Below, piece by piece: positions 14,601 to 26,881 of a stretch of DNA of 64,000 nt. The DNA is taken from positions 10,482,480 through 10,546,479 of the forward strand of contig OZ037771.1 in the NCBI GenBank assembly GCA_964035545.1. The letters are read 5' to 3'. The stretch is from Bugula neritina. Taxonomy: Eukaryota > Animalia > Bryozoa. The notes below the pieces were generated by a model, which did not search any database, was not told where the DNA came from, and worked only from the letters and a program-made list of their open reading frames with translations. Each line of letters starts with the position of its first letter. Position 1 is the first letter of the stretch. Made by a program: the position numbers and the translations under genes.

Positions 14601-17600
14601 GCTTACTATTGCTATGGTTTGCGAATAATCGAGTTCTTCTTTACAGCAAATCATGCTGCTAACTAGACTCCATAAGGAACCTGACTTTGAATCTTCCAGT
14701 TTCCTACAATAAAGCACACACAATATAAAACATTTAAATACTAAACACGTTTCTTATAAATATGGATATTTATTACAACTACATATTATTATTGAAAAGA
14801 GCAAAACTGTGGGACTTCATTACTTGAAAGAAGACTGGCTTTTAGGTAGGGTATACTGGTGGTCTGCAAAAGGGAACAAGGTGTTATCGTGATATCCATC
14901 ATCACCTTCCACATCAACATCTTGTAGTTCATCAGTTGCTACGCCGTGTGTTCTGAAAAACATAGGGAACTTGTGCACACAAAACTTTTGACGACAAAAA
15001 CTAAAACACCTGCAAATGTTTTTGATATAACAAATGTAACATACCAGTGAGTCTAGCAGGAAAATACTTAACAATACTTCATATGAATGTAAAACTTATT
15101 GAGTATAAATGTGCATAGGGTTTGTGAATGCTAAAAAAGGAGTTTCAATATTTTGAAAAATAATTAGACTATGTGATAAAGAACTTACATCCTAAAACGC
15201 CCTTTACATTTTGGAGACTTTTGCAATAGAGTTAAAGAGGAGGATGGTGAATTCTTGAGCTTAAACCTGTTTTTCCGTGGCTTTTTGAGAGCATCGAGAC
15301 TGTTGGAGGGTTGAATTGGTTGCTTGTTATGGTTAGCTTGTTGAGTCCACTTTTTCTTATGACAAATCAATTCCCGCACTGAAGCAGCTAGTTTGAGGCA
15401 ATACTTGTTGATTTTATGAAGAAATTTCTTGGGCCAAGACTTTTCTTGACTAGAGCGTAATTGAAACTTGTCTAATACATCAAGGCATCTGTAGTGAAGA
15501 CTGGAATATTTAAAGGTAGTAGCTGAATTCAGCTTCATTGTTGATGCAAGGGCCATAGTCTCAAATGTAGGAGGTTCTGTTACACACCAATCCATATCAC
15601 GTGGCCCCAAGTTTTGTGAAAAATCCATCGAGGGATCTTGAAAAAACGAATGTCTGTAGAAATGAAGGTATGAACCGGGATTATTGACTTTAAGATTGGA
15701 GCAAAAATCAATTGTGAAAAGCATGTGATTCATGACTGACTTGACTTGTGTAGGACTCTCACACTCACTTTCAACCGCATCAACAATCTTCTCAACAATG
15801 CTTCTGACTTCCAGCCCACAGCTGTGACTATGCAGTTCTGTAAAATCAGTATCAACCTTACATATGGGTGACCAGTCTTGGTTTATACGGCGTAGACCAA
15901 GAGCAGCACAAATTTCACTAAGAGTGGCACTATTCTCTACCTCAGAAGCATTGTTGGAGCTCGGAGGTTCATCGTTGACACAGTTTACAGAGAGGAAACT
16001 CCTTGCAGCTAGATCACAGGCTAGTGGTTGCTGAACAGAGTCTTCACTCTCATAATTTTGAATTTGTGATGTCACTGAAGTTTGCGTTTGTAATGGACAA
16101 GTAGCCTTTAAAGAATTCACTAACAAAAGTGTATTGCTGAACACTTCTGTTGATGATTCACTAGGTAAATGACCAGTGTTAGGTGAGTCATCACTTTGTT
16201 TGTTATTAGCTGATATAGGAGATGCACTACTAGGCAAATTTAATTTCGTGTCTAGATTATTGAGCATGTCTTGCAGAAGTGAATATACTTCCGTAACATC
16301 TGACTTGAAATGCTCATCAGTTGACGAACACAATTTGGATTCATTTGACATGTCTGAATTGCAAACTTCAACATGAGATGAGACTGTTACATCTTTAGAG
16401 CTGAGCTTTAAGCAAGCTATGCTTCTTTGAGGTGAAAGTACTTCTTTTGTATTAGTTATTTTGTCCAAAATTCCCCTAATAACATTTTCTATAATGGTAA
16501 TATTGTTTTGATTTGAACCATCTGATTTAGCTGTACCGGATTTATCTTCAACCTTTGGCAATATTCCCAAGCACTTTTGAGTAAGCATGAATTTTTTCAT
16601 GCATTTCGAGTTGTCTGCACATTCCACAATGGAACTAATCTTCTGCACTTGCTGAAGTCTAAATAACTTCAACTGAATCTTCTTTACCTTATGACTCATA
16701 AGTAGAAGCTGAGCATTTAGTGCCACAAAAAGACGTTTTTGGACTTCTATAATGTCGGCGCCCTAGAAATAATTTAAACCATTAAAAAGCTACAAACACA
16801 CTGAGTTTGATCCAGTTACTAAAGTAAACATTTAGTAATATCACCACTTACTCGTTTCAAACAATCAGCAAATCTCTCCATGTCCCTGACGCCTATGGTC
16901 TTGAGATAGATATACATAGGGCACCTATAACCATAGTAATGGTAGGGTTCATTGTAATTCATTATAACAAATTGTCTACAATAGGAAACACTAAGCAATG
17001 AAATACTGGCATAAGATTACTTACTCTAGATCTTTAAGATGAACTGTGACATTCCTCTACAACAAATCAGATTCAAATAATGTTGGCATTCAAAGTTTAT
17101 TTGACAGATAATTATTAACTTAATACAAAATTATACATTCTGAATACTAAACGTTGTTTAAAGTAATAATATCAGCATGTTTACTATCTCACTTGAATAC
17201 GATTTCGAGTCTTTCGGTAAAAGGCTTCAAGCTGAGTGGATGGGCTTTTCCAAAAAGTATTAGGCCGCCTGTGGTCAGGTTTACCATTTACACCGTGACT
17301 GTTTGAACAAGTCTCAGTCGCTTCTCTTGGACCAAGCTTCCAAGAATATGGACTACCAAGTTTACTGCCGCCCATTGTTTGAGAGGTGTTACTGCCAAGT
17401 GGCTGTAAGGATCTGCTATCCTAAAATAATAATTGTCTGTTGAAAAAAGAACCTGGGAGAAACTGAATCAGCACAAAAACCCCAAACTCTTTAAACCATT
17501 GTTGTGGGACCCTAAAGGTAAGCCATAAAGCACTATGCATTATGCAATTATAAGAGTTTAAAACAAGTTGCCAGTCTCTGGGAATCTCTTAGAACACCTG

Positions 17601-20600
17601 AAAGTTAAACTATTCACCATATGGTGTGACAGACTGATAAAAACGGAAACAAACCATTGCGTTTTCGACAGACCACACTTCACTGATGCACAGTCCACTT
17701 TCTTCTTCATTCGAACCTGTACCAACTCCAACATACAAGTTTTCATCCTAAAATAATATCACTCTTATACACAATTTTCAAACAGCAAAAAAAACTAAAA
17801 AGCATTGACAAAATTGGCTTAGTTAAACATGAAAATGTTAGAACTGAGTGCTTCAGGCAAACTGGTTTAAAAACAATTCAAGTAGTTATAAGTTAGTGCC
17901 AACTCCTGACCTTCTGCAATGAAGGATAAATGTGGGGTAGATGAATAGCATTCACTCAGAAGTTAAAATCAATATACTATATTGTAGACGTACTTTAGCT
18001 CCAGCTAACAAATCAGAAGAGGTTGATGGAACATTGAAGAAGTTGTCTAACTGTGGGCTGTTGAAAACATTAGGCGTGCCTCGTGTTGAAGAGAGACTCT
18101 TGAGTTCAAACTTGGATAACTTTTCTTGACTTTTTAACAAATCAGCATCCAATCTAGTCTAGAGATAGAAAAAACGAAGTTAGTGAGACAACTGAAAGAC
18201 CACTTAATTGTTGACTTGAAATAAAAGGGCAGACTATCTACAAAACTTACTTTCAGTTTTCTAGAAGTATTTTTGGCAGCATCACACGCTTTAACCATTG
18301 CCACAGGAAGTCTTTTATTCTGACAGAGGGATTTTAATTGGTGATTTTCTTTGGGCAGTTTTATATTTGTAACTCTGCCAGAATTGCTGGCTGTAGAAGA
18401 CTTAACTGGCTTTGAGACCTTCAAGGTGGTGCCTTGCTGCTTGAAGTTGAGATGAGTGAACTTAACATCAATCAGAGGAATAGAGATCTGCTTTATAAGG
18501 TAGTTCTGGTAGACTGTAGTACCTGCAACAACCATTTAGTCTGGAGTCCTTCGATAGATCAACTATCAACACCAGTACCATCAGGCATTGACATTGATTA
18601 AAAATAGATGTATTTCATACAATATAATATAAAATAACAAAAAGATCCAGGCACATACAATACACGTAGGCTTCTTCAATCTGGAGGTGCATTCGACGAT
18701 ATAGAGGTTTAGCCAGGCATACGGCTGGGACATGCTGCGTCACATTCTCCAAGATAGAACTGAAACTAGGTACCTCGGCTAAAGAGTAGCGGGTAGAGAG
18801 TTGGTTGCAGGATTCTTGACCCATCAGATCTACAAATCATACACAACTAAAAGCTGTCTAAAACGCCATCATTTTTTAAACTAGCTGAAACTTCAGGTTT
18901 TGAATTTTTCACACCAGCATAGGCACTTGATAAAACTGCACTCAACTCTGAATCTACTGCTCATCATTAGTTTCATACTAACAATAGCATTTTATTTCAA
19001 AAGCAGATACTTTCAAGAGAAGTTGAAGTTCAAAAGCAATGATTATGTGATGTTTATTAGAGGTGCCTATCCATGCTGCACCATTATTGATAATTTTTAT
19101 AAAACTATAATTAAGCTTTAATATTCTAAGAACTTCATCAATAAGCAAATTTCAAATAGTAAACACATTACCTAATGGGAAAACCGACTTCATTTTACTA
19201 GCAGCAGCAGCAAGCTATAACTGATTTTGCCCTCAAGTGTATCTATAGTAAGTTTCCCAATTATCAACTGGCTAATTAAATGAATTGCATCAGCAAGCAG
19301 TAAGAATCAAAACGCAAAAGTTAAAAAAATAAACACATCCAATATTGTTTCACAGGAGTATTTGGCCTCATTCGCACTTGTCATCTGTAAAATATCCGCC
19401 ATTTTTAATGTGTCCTGGCTGAATTTTTTAAAGTTCGATATTAGGTACGATCTATGACACTTCATTGGACATTTATACCCTAAAGTTTTTCTGTCAAACA
19501 GAAATCTGCTGCAACATTTTTGAATCAGGCATTTGCAAAAATGGCTGATATTTGCTGTTACTGTCTACGGTATGGTAAGTGTGAAAGAGCGGTTGGTAAA
19601 GAAGATGGGAACACACCGGCATTTCTATGATACAAAGTGGAGTTCACATGCATAGTTTCAGGGGCAGGTATATGTACAACTTGCTCAACAAACAGCTCGC
19701 CTTCAGGTATATGTTTGAGTGCTACAAAACAGAAAAGGTGAGAGTAACAGTGTAAATATATAAGAAGTTCTAAGGTCTGTCAGCATTAGGAAACAACATG
19801 GGTATTGAAACTGGAAGCATATCGATACTGTAAGATTTTGGCATCCATGTTTACACGCTGGTAAAAGCTCATACGATTACTATTAATATACATGTTATAT
19901 AATTGTTCATTGCACTTTTCAAACTCCACTTAAAGCAAGTCTTGTAAAGATAAGAACTTGCTTGCACTGTGAGTACACTAAGCGGCATCTGTTTATCAAG
20001 ACTATGCTGACTTTGTAAAACACAATATGTGTAAAACAGCAAAGTCCGAATATAAGCAGCCCTTAACCTAGCCAGCTATAGTAGTGGCCTCTGTTCTATT
20101 TCTACCTGAGCATTTTGCAAATATTCACCAACAGCCAAATTAGAAGTATGCATAGGAAGAGTCTGAAAGACATCCCAGTACACTTGGTTCAAGGTTACAA
20201 ACTCGCTAAGAAATGATAGACTTGTAATAGTTAGTGGTTTGAGTCGAGTTGAATCACTGCCAAACATTCTGCTTTGATGTAAGCAGAAACTTGTCACTAA
20301 ACAAACTAAGATATTACAAAGTTTTAGATCATCCTGTTTTTCTACAAGAGCATGGAGTAAAATCTGCTTACTGCAGGTTAACACTTGCATGAAAGGCATA
20401 GACCGAGCAAGTCCTTAAAGTGTGTCTAGATAGATAAAACAGTCTGGGACACTGAAGAGAGTGAAACATTAAAAAAGGAATATTAACAGTATATTATGTA
20501 TACAAAATATAAATACTTGAAGGAACAGTGGTGCGAGAAGCTGATAGGAGTTTGACTGGTGGGATTAGGGAAAGGGCCTCTGTAACTTCTCCAGTAATGA

Positions 20601-21723
20601 CAGCTGCTTTCAGCAAACCTAAAAGTTTAGAATTAAATATTAAACATTTATTGACAGGAACTACAAAACATAACTTATATCTTTAGGTAAGCTTTACGTT
20701 GAGAGTTACTTAGTGAGGAATAAATGAAATTAGATATAATTGAAGTTCTCGACTCAAGAAAGGGAGGGGTTTGGCTCGTAAAAGAGTACACCTCCTATCG
20801 TTTATACTACCATAATATTAGGCATTATACAGATTTGTTTAGCCTAAACTACAACATTCATTTTTATAATGAACATATTTGTTTAGGGATACAGCATGTG
20901 CCTGGCAGATGACCTTCACTCACCAAGGGCCCTCAAAAGCATAGGCCTACAATAATTATTACAGATAACTTAATGCTCTATAGGCTGTTTTAGAGACCTA
21001 TTGCTTACCATAATTAATAGTCACGAACTTAGATGGCCTTGAAGTCTTTGGTCTTTTAATCTTCGATACAGTTTCAACACAATCTTCTAAGAAATCTCGC
21101 ACCTCTGTGAATAACCGATCTGAATAAAATCACAACCATTGCAAACTGTACACATTTACTAAGAATCCTTGAGCCTTAGACAAGAGCTTAACCAGGGCAC
21201 TACCAATCTCACACCTAACCAGGGCACTACCAATCTCACACCTAACCAAGGCACTACCAATACAACACTTAACTAAGGCACTACCAATACAACACCTAAC
21301 TAAGGCACTACCAATACAACACCTAACTAAGGCACTACCAATACAACACCTAACTAAGGTTCATACCTGCAGGGTCACTGTCTGAAATGCCCGACAGCTG
21401 ATCAGAAGAAGGGTACTTCTCAGGACTAGTGGATGTCAGATCAATCAGAACTTCACTAGTATCTTGACTACTGAGCTCAAAAGATACATCCAAGTCTTGA
21501 GTGAGTTCACGTCCCGTCTCTGATACCAAATCATCGGGGGTATCTACTATGCCTATTCCCAACTCTGGTAGGTTCTCCAGCACAGAAACAAGAGCACAAG
21601 AATAAGTAACCCCAGAGAGAGGGAGAGCTCTGCATATACTTCTACAACGTCCATCCGGTACATGCCGCACGGCTACTATGTCACAGCTAGTCTGCAACAG
21701 CCCACAATTACTGCACACAATCA
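8626..21723 (-). CDS. Large multi-exon uncharacterised protein (>1400 aa), Ser-rich, with two degenerate bHLH-Zip-like segments; possible divergent MGA-like protein
   Basis: Phase-consistent GT-AG exons: 17420-17193, 17056-17025, 16924-16852, 16762-15189, 14952-14824, 14703-14607, 11066-10955, 10638-9639, 8896-8626 (stop). Further likely exons lie at about 17748-17656, 18158-17994, 18522-18251, 18828-18660, 19721-19617, 20618-20517, 21119-21009 and 21723-21367. The 5' end is unresolved, with candidate exons near 22.2-22.5 kb, 23.49 kb and 32188-32252 (ATG at 32229). Confidence 0.75.
9048..9365. repeat. Intronic minisatellite built from cagcta and (c/t)gagcaga modules (14-26 bp units)
   Basis: Directly visible agcagacagctacagctacg repeats inside intron 8897-9638 of the large minus-strand gene. 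Confidence 0.95.
11593..14610. repeat. 22-bp tandem satellite, about 137 copies, cattacttgcttacta+(ttacat|ttgagt|gtgagt|ttgcat|ttaaat|ttacgt|ttgtgt)
   Basis: Near-perfect 22-bp period over ~3.0 kb, filling most of intron 11067-14606. Confidence 0.98.
21189..21360. repeat. 27-bp intronic minisatellite (about 6 copies, taactaaggcactaccaatacaacacc)
   Basis: Visible tandem copies beginning a few bases into the intron after the donor at 21366. Confidence 0.9.
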
Positions 21724-23065
21724 CTACAAAAACTGAACGATGCGCAATAAATTTTTAAAAAAGCAAATTTTTACAACAAAAATCTACAAGTAAACTACTA
21801 ACACAGGGAGATCTACTGAGCTTTAAAACATATTATTCATAAAACTGTTGTTCCATAATTCCTGGGTTTTTTATTTAAAAACGATGTGAAAACTCATCAT
21901 TATCATAAAGTTCTTACAATTTTTTTGCATGTAGCACCTTAAAAAAACCATCAACAAAACTAGAGAAATTTTTCATTAAAACACAATTAGTTTTCTTTGA
22001 CAAAACACTATAAGATGGAAGAGCTATACATAAGACATGGGATATGATAGTCTATACACAAAACAGGGTGTGGTCTATGGTAGACATGGGACATGTTTCA
22101 GGAGCTTATTTGTGTATTGAATGATGGCTGCAAAAGTTTTACAAAATTAATGAGTCAAGAAATGAGCATAGAGAAGCAGAAAGAGTAGAGACTACATTCT
22201 TACTGTGAAATTAACACTTCTCCCGGAACTTGATGCTGAGTTGAGGCAGCTTTTTGAGTCACATGTGTCCTCAGATTTACTAGAAAATTTCTGTCTGCTG
22301 AGTAAAGCATTGCCTATAAATATCAGGAGCCTACATAATCCACTAAGATGCGTCAGCCATATTGTGAGTATAAATATGCAACGTCCTTCACATTGAATAC
22401 CTTACTTGGCTTACTTGTTACGATACTGAAAGGAACAAATAAGAAGCAACTTGGCTGAAGTGAAGGTACCAAAGGACTAGGATAACTTGTGCATTCACTA
22501 GAAAATTGCAAATTTGGATCATTCTAATAAAATATATGAAAATTGAAAAAATTATAAAAAAGCAGTAAAAATTAATTTTTTCAATACTAATTATGATAAA
22601 AAAAACTCTTAACAAGGTATTATCATAGCTGCTTTACGAACTACCACTAGTTTGAAGAATGAAAACAAGTTTGAGTAGCTTATTATTCAATCTTAAACAC
22701 CTGGTAGTTCCGATTTGTTTAACATGCATCACAGGTTTTAAAGATGGGAAGATAATGTTCACGATTTTTAGCAAAGAGAGCGTAAGAATTTGCATTTTTC
22801 AATTAAACGATGAGCAAGGTCAAATACTTACGAAGTCTCAAGTAGAACTCGGCTACTTGCTTATCTCTTTTGCTAATGAGCACTCTTGCTTCTGGCAACT
22901 AAAGCAATGGTAGTGGCAGTGGTAAACTAACAATGCTATTAGTCAAACAAAATAAAGCTTTTAAGGTATTTATGCTTCTATTGTACACACATGTACATTA
23001 TTTTATATTGTTATACATTCAATTTCCTTATAAATTATTAGTTGGGTTTTAGTGAAGTCTTGGTA

Positions 23066-23288
23066 GAGAGCAGCCAAGGTCCAGGGGTTTGGGCGTTTGC
23101 CTAGTAAGCATGAATTCATGGGTTCGAACCAACAAAGGCCATTGGTGATGTTAGGAAGAGTATCTAATCATAATTGCTCCTGTGCCACATCTGAATAAGG
23201 CCGTAGCCCGATTTAACAAAAACCATATGGGTTCTCACAGGGAAAGTGACTATAAACGTGCGTGAGTGAGTGAGTGAGTGAGTGAGTT
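23066..23288 (+). mobile_element. tRNA-derived SINE with (TGAG)n tail
   Basis: Degenerate A-box region, B-box GGGTTCGAACC (~23120-23130), a ggtgatgttaggaagagtatc core, and a 3' (tgag)n microsatellite tail. Confidence 0.7.
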
Positions 23289-23632
23289 TAGCCAAGTTTT
23301 AAAATTTACCAACTGATGAAAGATCTTCTAAAACAATATCTCCAAAGTCAATAAAGTGTTTAAAAAATTCAATTTCATCCAATGCAAAGCTATAACTAAT
23401 GCTGCAGGCATATTTAATAACAAAGGTAGCAAAACTAGATAATTAAAGGCATGATTTGGGCAAAAGGAAATTTAGAGTTACCTAGAGCAGACATCTATCA
23501 TAAAACATACTCTACATTGCTACAAAGAAAATCTTTTGAATGCCACCAAAAAGTTTTGACTAGTTTTATACTATTATGCCCACTCTCATTGGATAAATGG
23601 ATATTAAATAAAAACGGACGATGACAAAAGCT

Positions 23633-24502
23633 TTGTGCTTTCGGATTCCTACACGTAGGGGTAACTGTAGGCCCTACGCGATGACCATTCGGGCAATTAC
23701 AGTAATTTTTCTCTGACATTGCGTCATTTTTGTAAATGAGTGTAAGCGACAGAATAGGTAGTTACCCCCTACGCGTACCCAGGGTACTCGTGGTTACCGA
23801 ATACGAGTACCCTGGCATTGATCAAAGTATTAGCCTTAGTAACTAATAGCACACACTAAGATTTTTAAGCTACATTACGAAACCATTCGTAGAAATAATG
23901 TTTGTATAACTACGCTTAACTGCTGTTTTCTCCAATGTACTTTTCTTTTACTATACTAGCAGCTAATCTTTGGAATATAATCGAGTTCTCAAGCTAATTA
24001 ATATTATTATTATTATAATGCAAATAATTATAATAATAATCACAATCATAATGTTTATTAAATTACTTCTTTTATAATTAATATAAATATGAAATAAAAA
24101 TATAAAGTGATATCTTACAATTATAATTTCAATTAGACTATGCATTATTCCAAGACCAATATTAAACAATTTTGCAAGTTACCTGATGAAGCTTGGAGTT
24201 CAAGTAACAAACTTGCAGGCCACAGCAATAATAATAATAATACTGTTAAAATTATTAGTTTCCGCCCAGTGCGTGCTATGAAAATAAATGTCAATACTTG
24301 TGCAGTCAGTTAAGGTCGAAGGTCATATTAAAAACTTGTTGCTCTACTCGATGGGTGCTACATGCACCCCTACGCGATGCATTCGGAAGCCAACGTGTGC
24401 CCCATTGAAAAAAAAGTTTATCAAGGGGTACTCGGCGGAGAGAAAGTGAGCAAATTCATCGATGAGCCCAGTAGGCTACGCGTAGAGAATCCGAAAGCGC
24501 CC
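23633..24502. mobile_element. Non-autonomous DNA transposon (Harbinger-like MITE, ~870 bp)
   Basis: Left end gtgctttcggattcctacacgtag; right end reverse complement gggcgctttcggattctctacgcgtag, followed by taa on the + strand. CpG-rich subterminal regions surround an AT-rich core. The superfamily call is tentative. Confidence 0.65.
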
Positions 24503-25164
24503 TAAACTATTTCAGCTCAGCAGTACATATAGCCGGAATATCAGCATGATGCAACAATGCATCATACATCTCTTTGGGTTGAGACAAGCCTGAACAAGTA
24601 AATTGGGAATACACACCAAACCTGCTACAACATGACCATTCGAGAACAGCCCTTTAAGCCTTCTAGTATGTACTTTGCTGCTATGTTAAAAAGAGGTGTG
24701 TTTATCTGCCAAAAACAATGGCTTCCAGTAAGAGTAAGTGTACTTTGAATTTTTCTTTGATAAAAATGTTCCTTTGATAACTTCATATGTTGAACATGTA
24801 ATAAACTGACATTTCAAGTTAACTTTTATATTTGTCTAATCTATTAGTTTTTACGTACGATTTTATATCTGCTGTGACTGACCTATAAAACTGGCTGAGC
24901 TATTGCAAATATTTTTTTCTCTGTACACATTGTTTATGAAGACCGAATTTCTAGCACGTTCAGGATATGTTTCATCTTTCAGATCTCTGAATGTGCATGG
25001 TAATCATATATTAGCTATATTGGAATAAGACAATATCAATGCAGAAGTTTAAATTGAGTCTATGGATCCAAGCCTATTGACTAATGAAGACCTGCTGATA
25101 AAGATAATAGTGAATTGATCATTTGTCCAGTAGACAATTGACGAGCAATGATGATCCAGCCGCC

Positions 25165-25535
25165 TCTATCTTTTCTCTCTAAATCTCTAACCCTCTATAA
25201 AGTATCTCCCTATCACAAAGGACCAGATCATCAGCAAATAGTTTTGCCCATGGGCTGTGCTTGTCTTGTCTTGCGCTAAAACATTCATTACTATAATGAA
25301 TAGCAGCGCGATTAGTGCCGATCCCTGATGTAATCCAATGTCAATTTGAATCTTGTTTGTCAACCCGGAGTCTGCCTTAACACTGGTGCTACAGTCTTTG
25401 TACATGTCTTTAATAATGTTGATGTACTGCTCTGGAACCATTCGCTTTCGTAAGCAAAACCCTATTAGGTCACATGGTAAGGTGTCGTAGGCTTTTTCAA
25501 AGTCCACAAACACCATATGAAGAGCTTTGTTGAAG
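25165..25535 (-). mobile_element. RTE-clade LINE reverse transcriptase fragment
   Basis: MVFVDFEKAYD...GLHQGSAL..LLFIIVM. The nucleotide sequence is clearly similar to 34500-34720 of the longer RTE copy. Confidence 0.85.
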
Positions 25536-26881
25536 ATAAGTTTGGTGTCTAAATACAGATGATGGTTGCCGAGAGACCTTCGACCTTTATCAAGACTGTA
25601 CCTATGAAGGGAATAAATTGCACTGGACAGTATTTATCAAATGTGCTGCTACAGCCTTGCAAAACATTGAGTCATTGTCAGATGGTAAATGGTTCCTTCC
25701 ATATAACATATAGTTTGATAACTTTTTACCCCATTCCAACTTCTGGCATAACTGAAGAAAATAAATTACGGTGCTACAGGAACAATAACAGCGACAAGGT
25801 GTAAATATTGTTTTCTGAAATATGCTATAAAGAACCAATGCTATAAAGAACCAAAACCCAAGAGCCACCAAGTTTGCTGTAAAAAAGATGACCGCGTTAT
25901 GTAAATGAATGAATAATGCAGTCTAGCAGTAGCATCAACAGTTCATACAAACAAAACCTTGAGCTAAGTACTCATAAATTGAGAAAAAAAATGTAGAAGT
26001 TGACTACCAGATGATCGTTCAAGCATGCTGAAGGAAAAAGTGGTATTGGTGTATTTTTACATGGCATTAACTGCGGATCTCAGGCTTCTTAATGTTTTTG
26101 AGTTTGACCTTTTGGAATGCACAGTGGGGCCTATGTGTAATAAGGTTCATGGCTTTGTGCTTTTGCAATAGGGTCCTCACACAATCAGCACTTTTAAAAA
26201 AAAGCTCTCCAGAAATTGATTAGTTTCATCACAAGAGAGTGCCCGAAGAGGCAGCCTAAAGTGTTTATATCCATATAGCTACGTGCCAACAGAGCAATTT
26301 ACTATTTACTATTCAAGTAGAGCTGTGATACTATTTCTAAGAAACAAACTCACCCTAGCTAGCCAATAAGAGAAGGCAAGAGCTTCTTATGGCAGTTGGA
26401 ATCAATATCAATAAATTTATTTACCAACACCAGTAAAATTTAACAGTATTTGTGGTGATGCTACAAATAATATATTTTAAATTATGTTAAGGTACCATTG
26501 ATTTAAAGTCAATTTATTTCTCTTTGAATAATTCAGCAAAGCAACAACAAAGATGATGCAAAATGTAGAGTTTTAATTTTCATGAAATATGGATATTTGT
26601 TTTCAATAGTCACCAAATAAAATCACAGATAAGTTGTGCACTTCATCAAGATCGTGCATGGCCAGAAACTTCTGCATTTTTATGGTGGATATGAGTGGGT
26701 CATCCAACTCACATTTGAATGAAGCCGTGAGGCTACTGACTCATCAGTATGACTTGGCACCTATATAGATATCTACGGAATTGGGTGACCAATGAAGTGA
26801 ACGTAAACAACTTTAAAATAAAAACAACGAAAAAAATTGCTGGTTGTGTTGGCCAAGAAAATAAAAAGAAGTTTGTTCAAT

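Noticed and set aside
11593-14610. CRISPR-like array (constant repeat plus variable part)
   Set aside because: The variable part is only 6 bp with a few recurring states, there are no unique spacers or cas genes, and it lies in a eukaryotic intron.
11639-14666. Plus-strand ORFs of HYLLTIESLLAYYYIITCLLL repeats
   Set aside because: These are translation artefacts of the 22-bp satellite, antisense to the host gene.
26352-26460. Exon-like segment (AG..GT) of the large minus-strand gene
   Set aside because: Stops in all three frames, so it cannot be placed as a coding exon.
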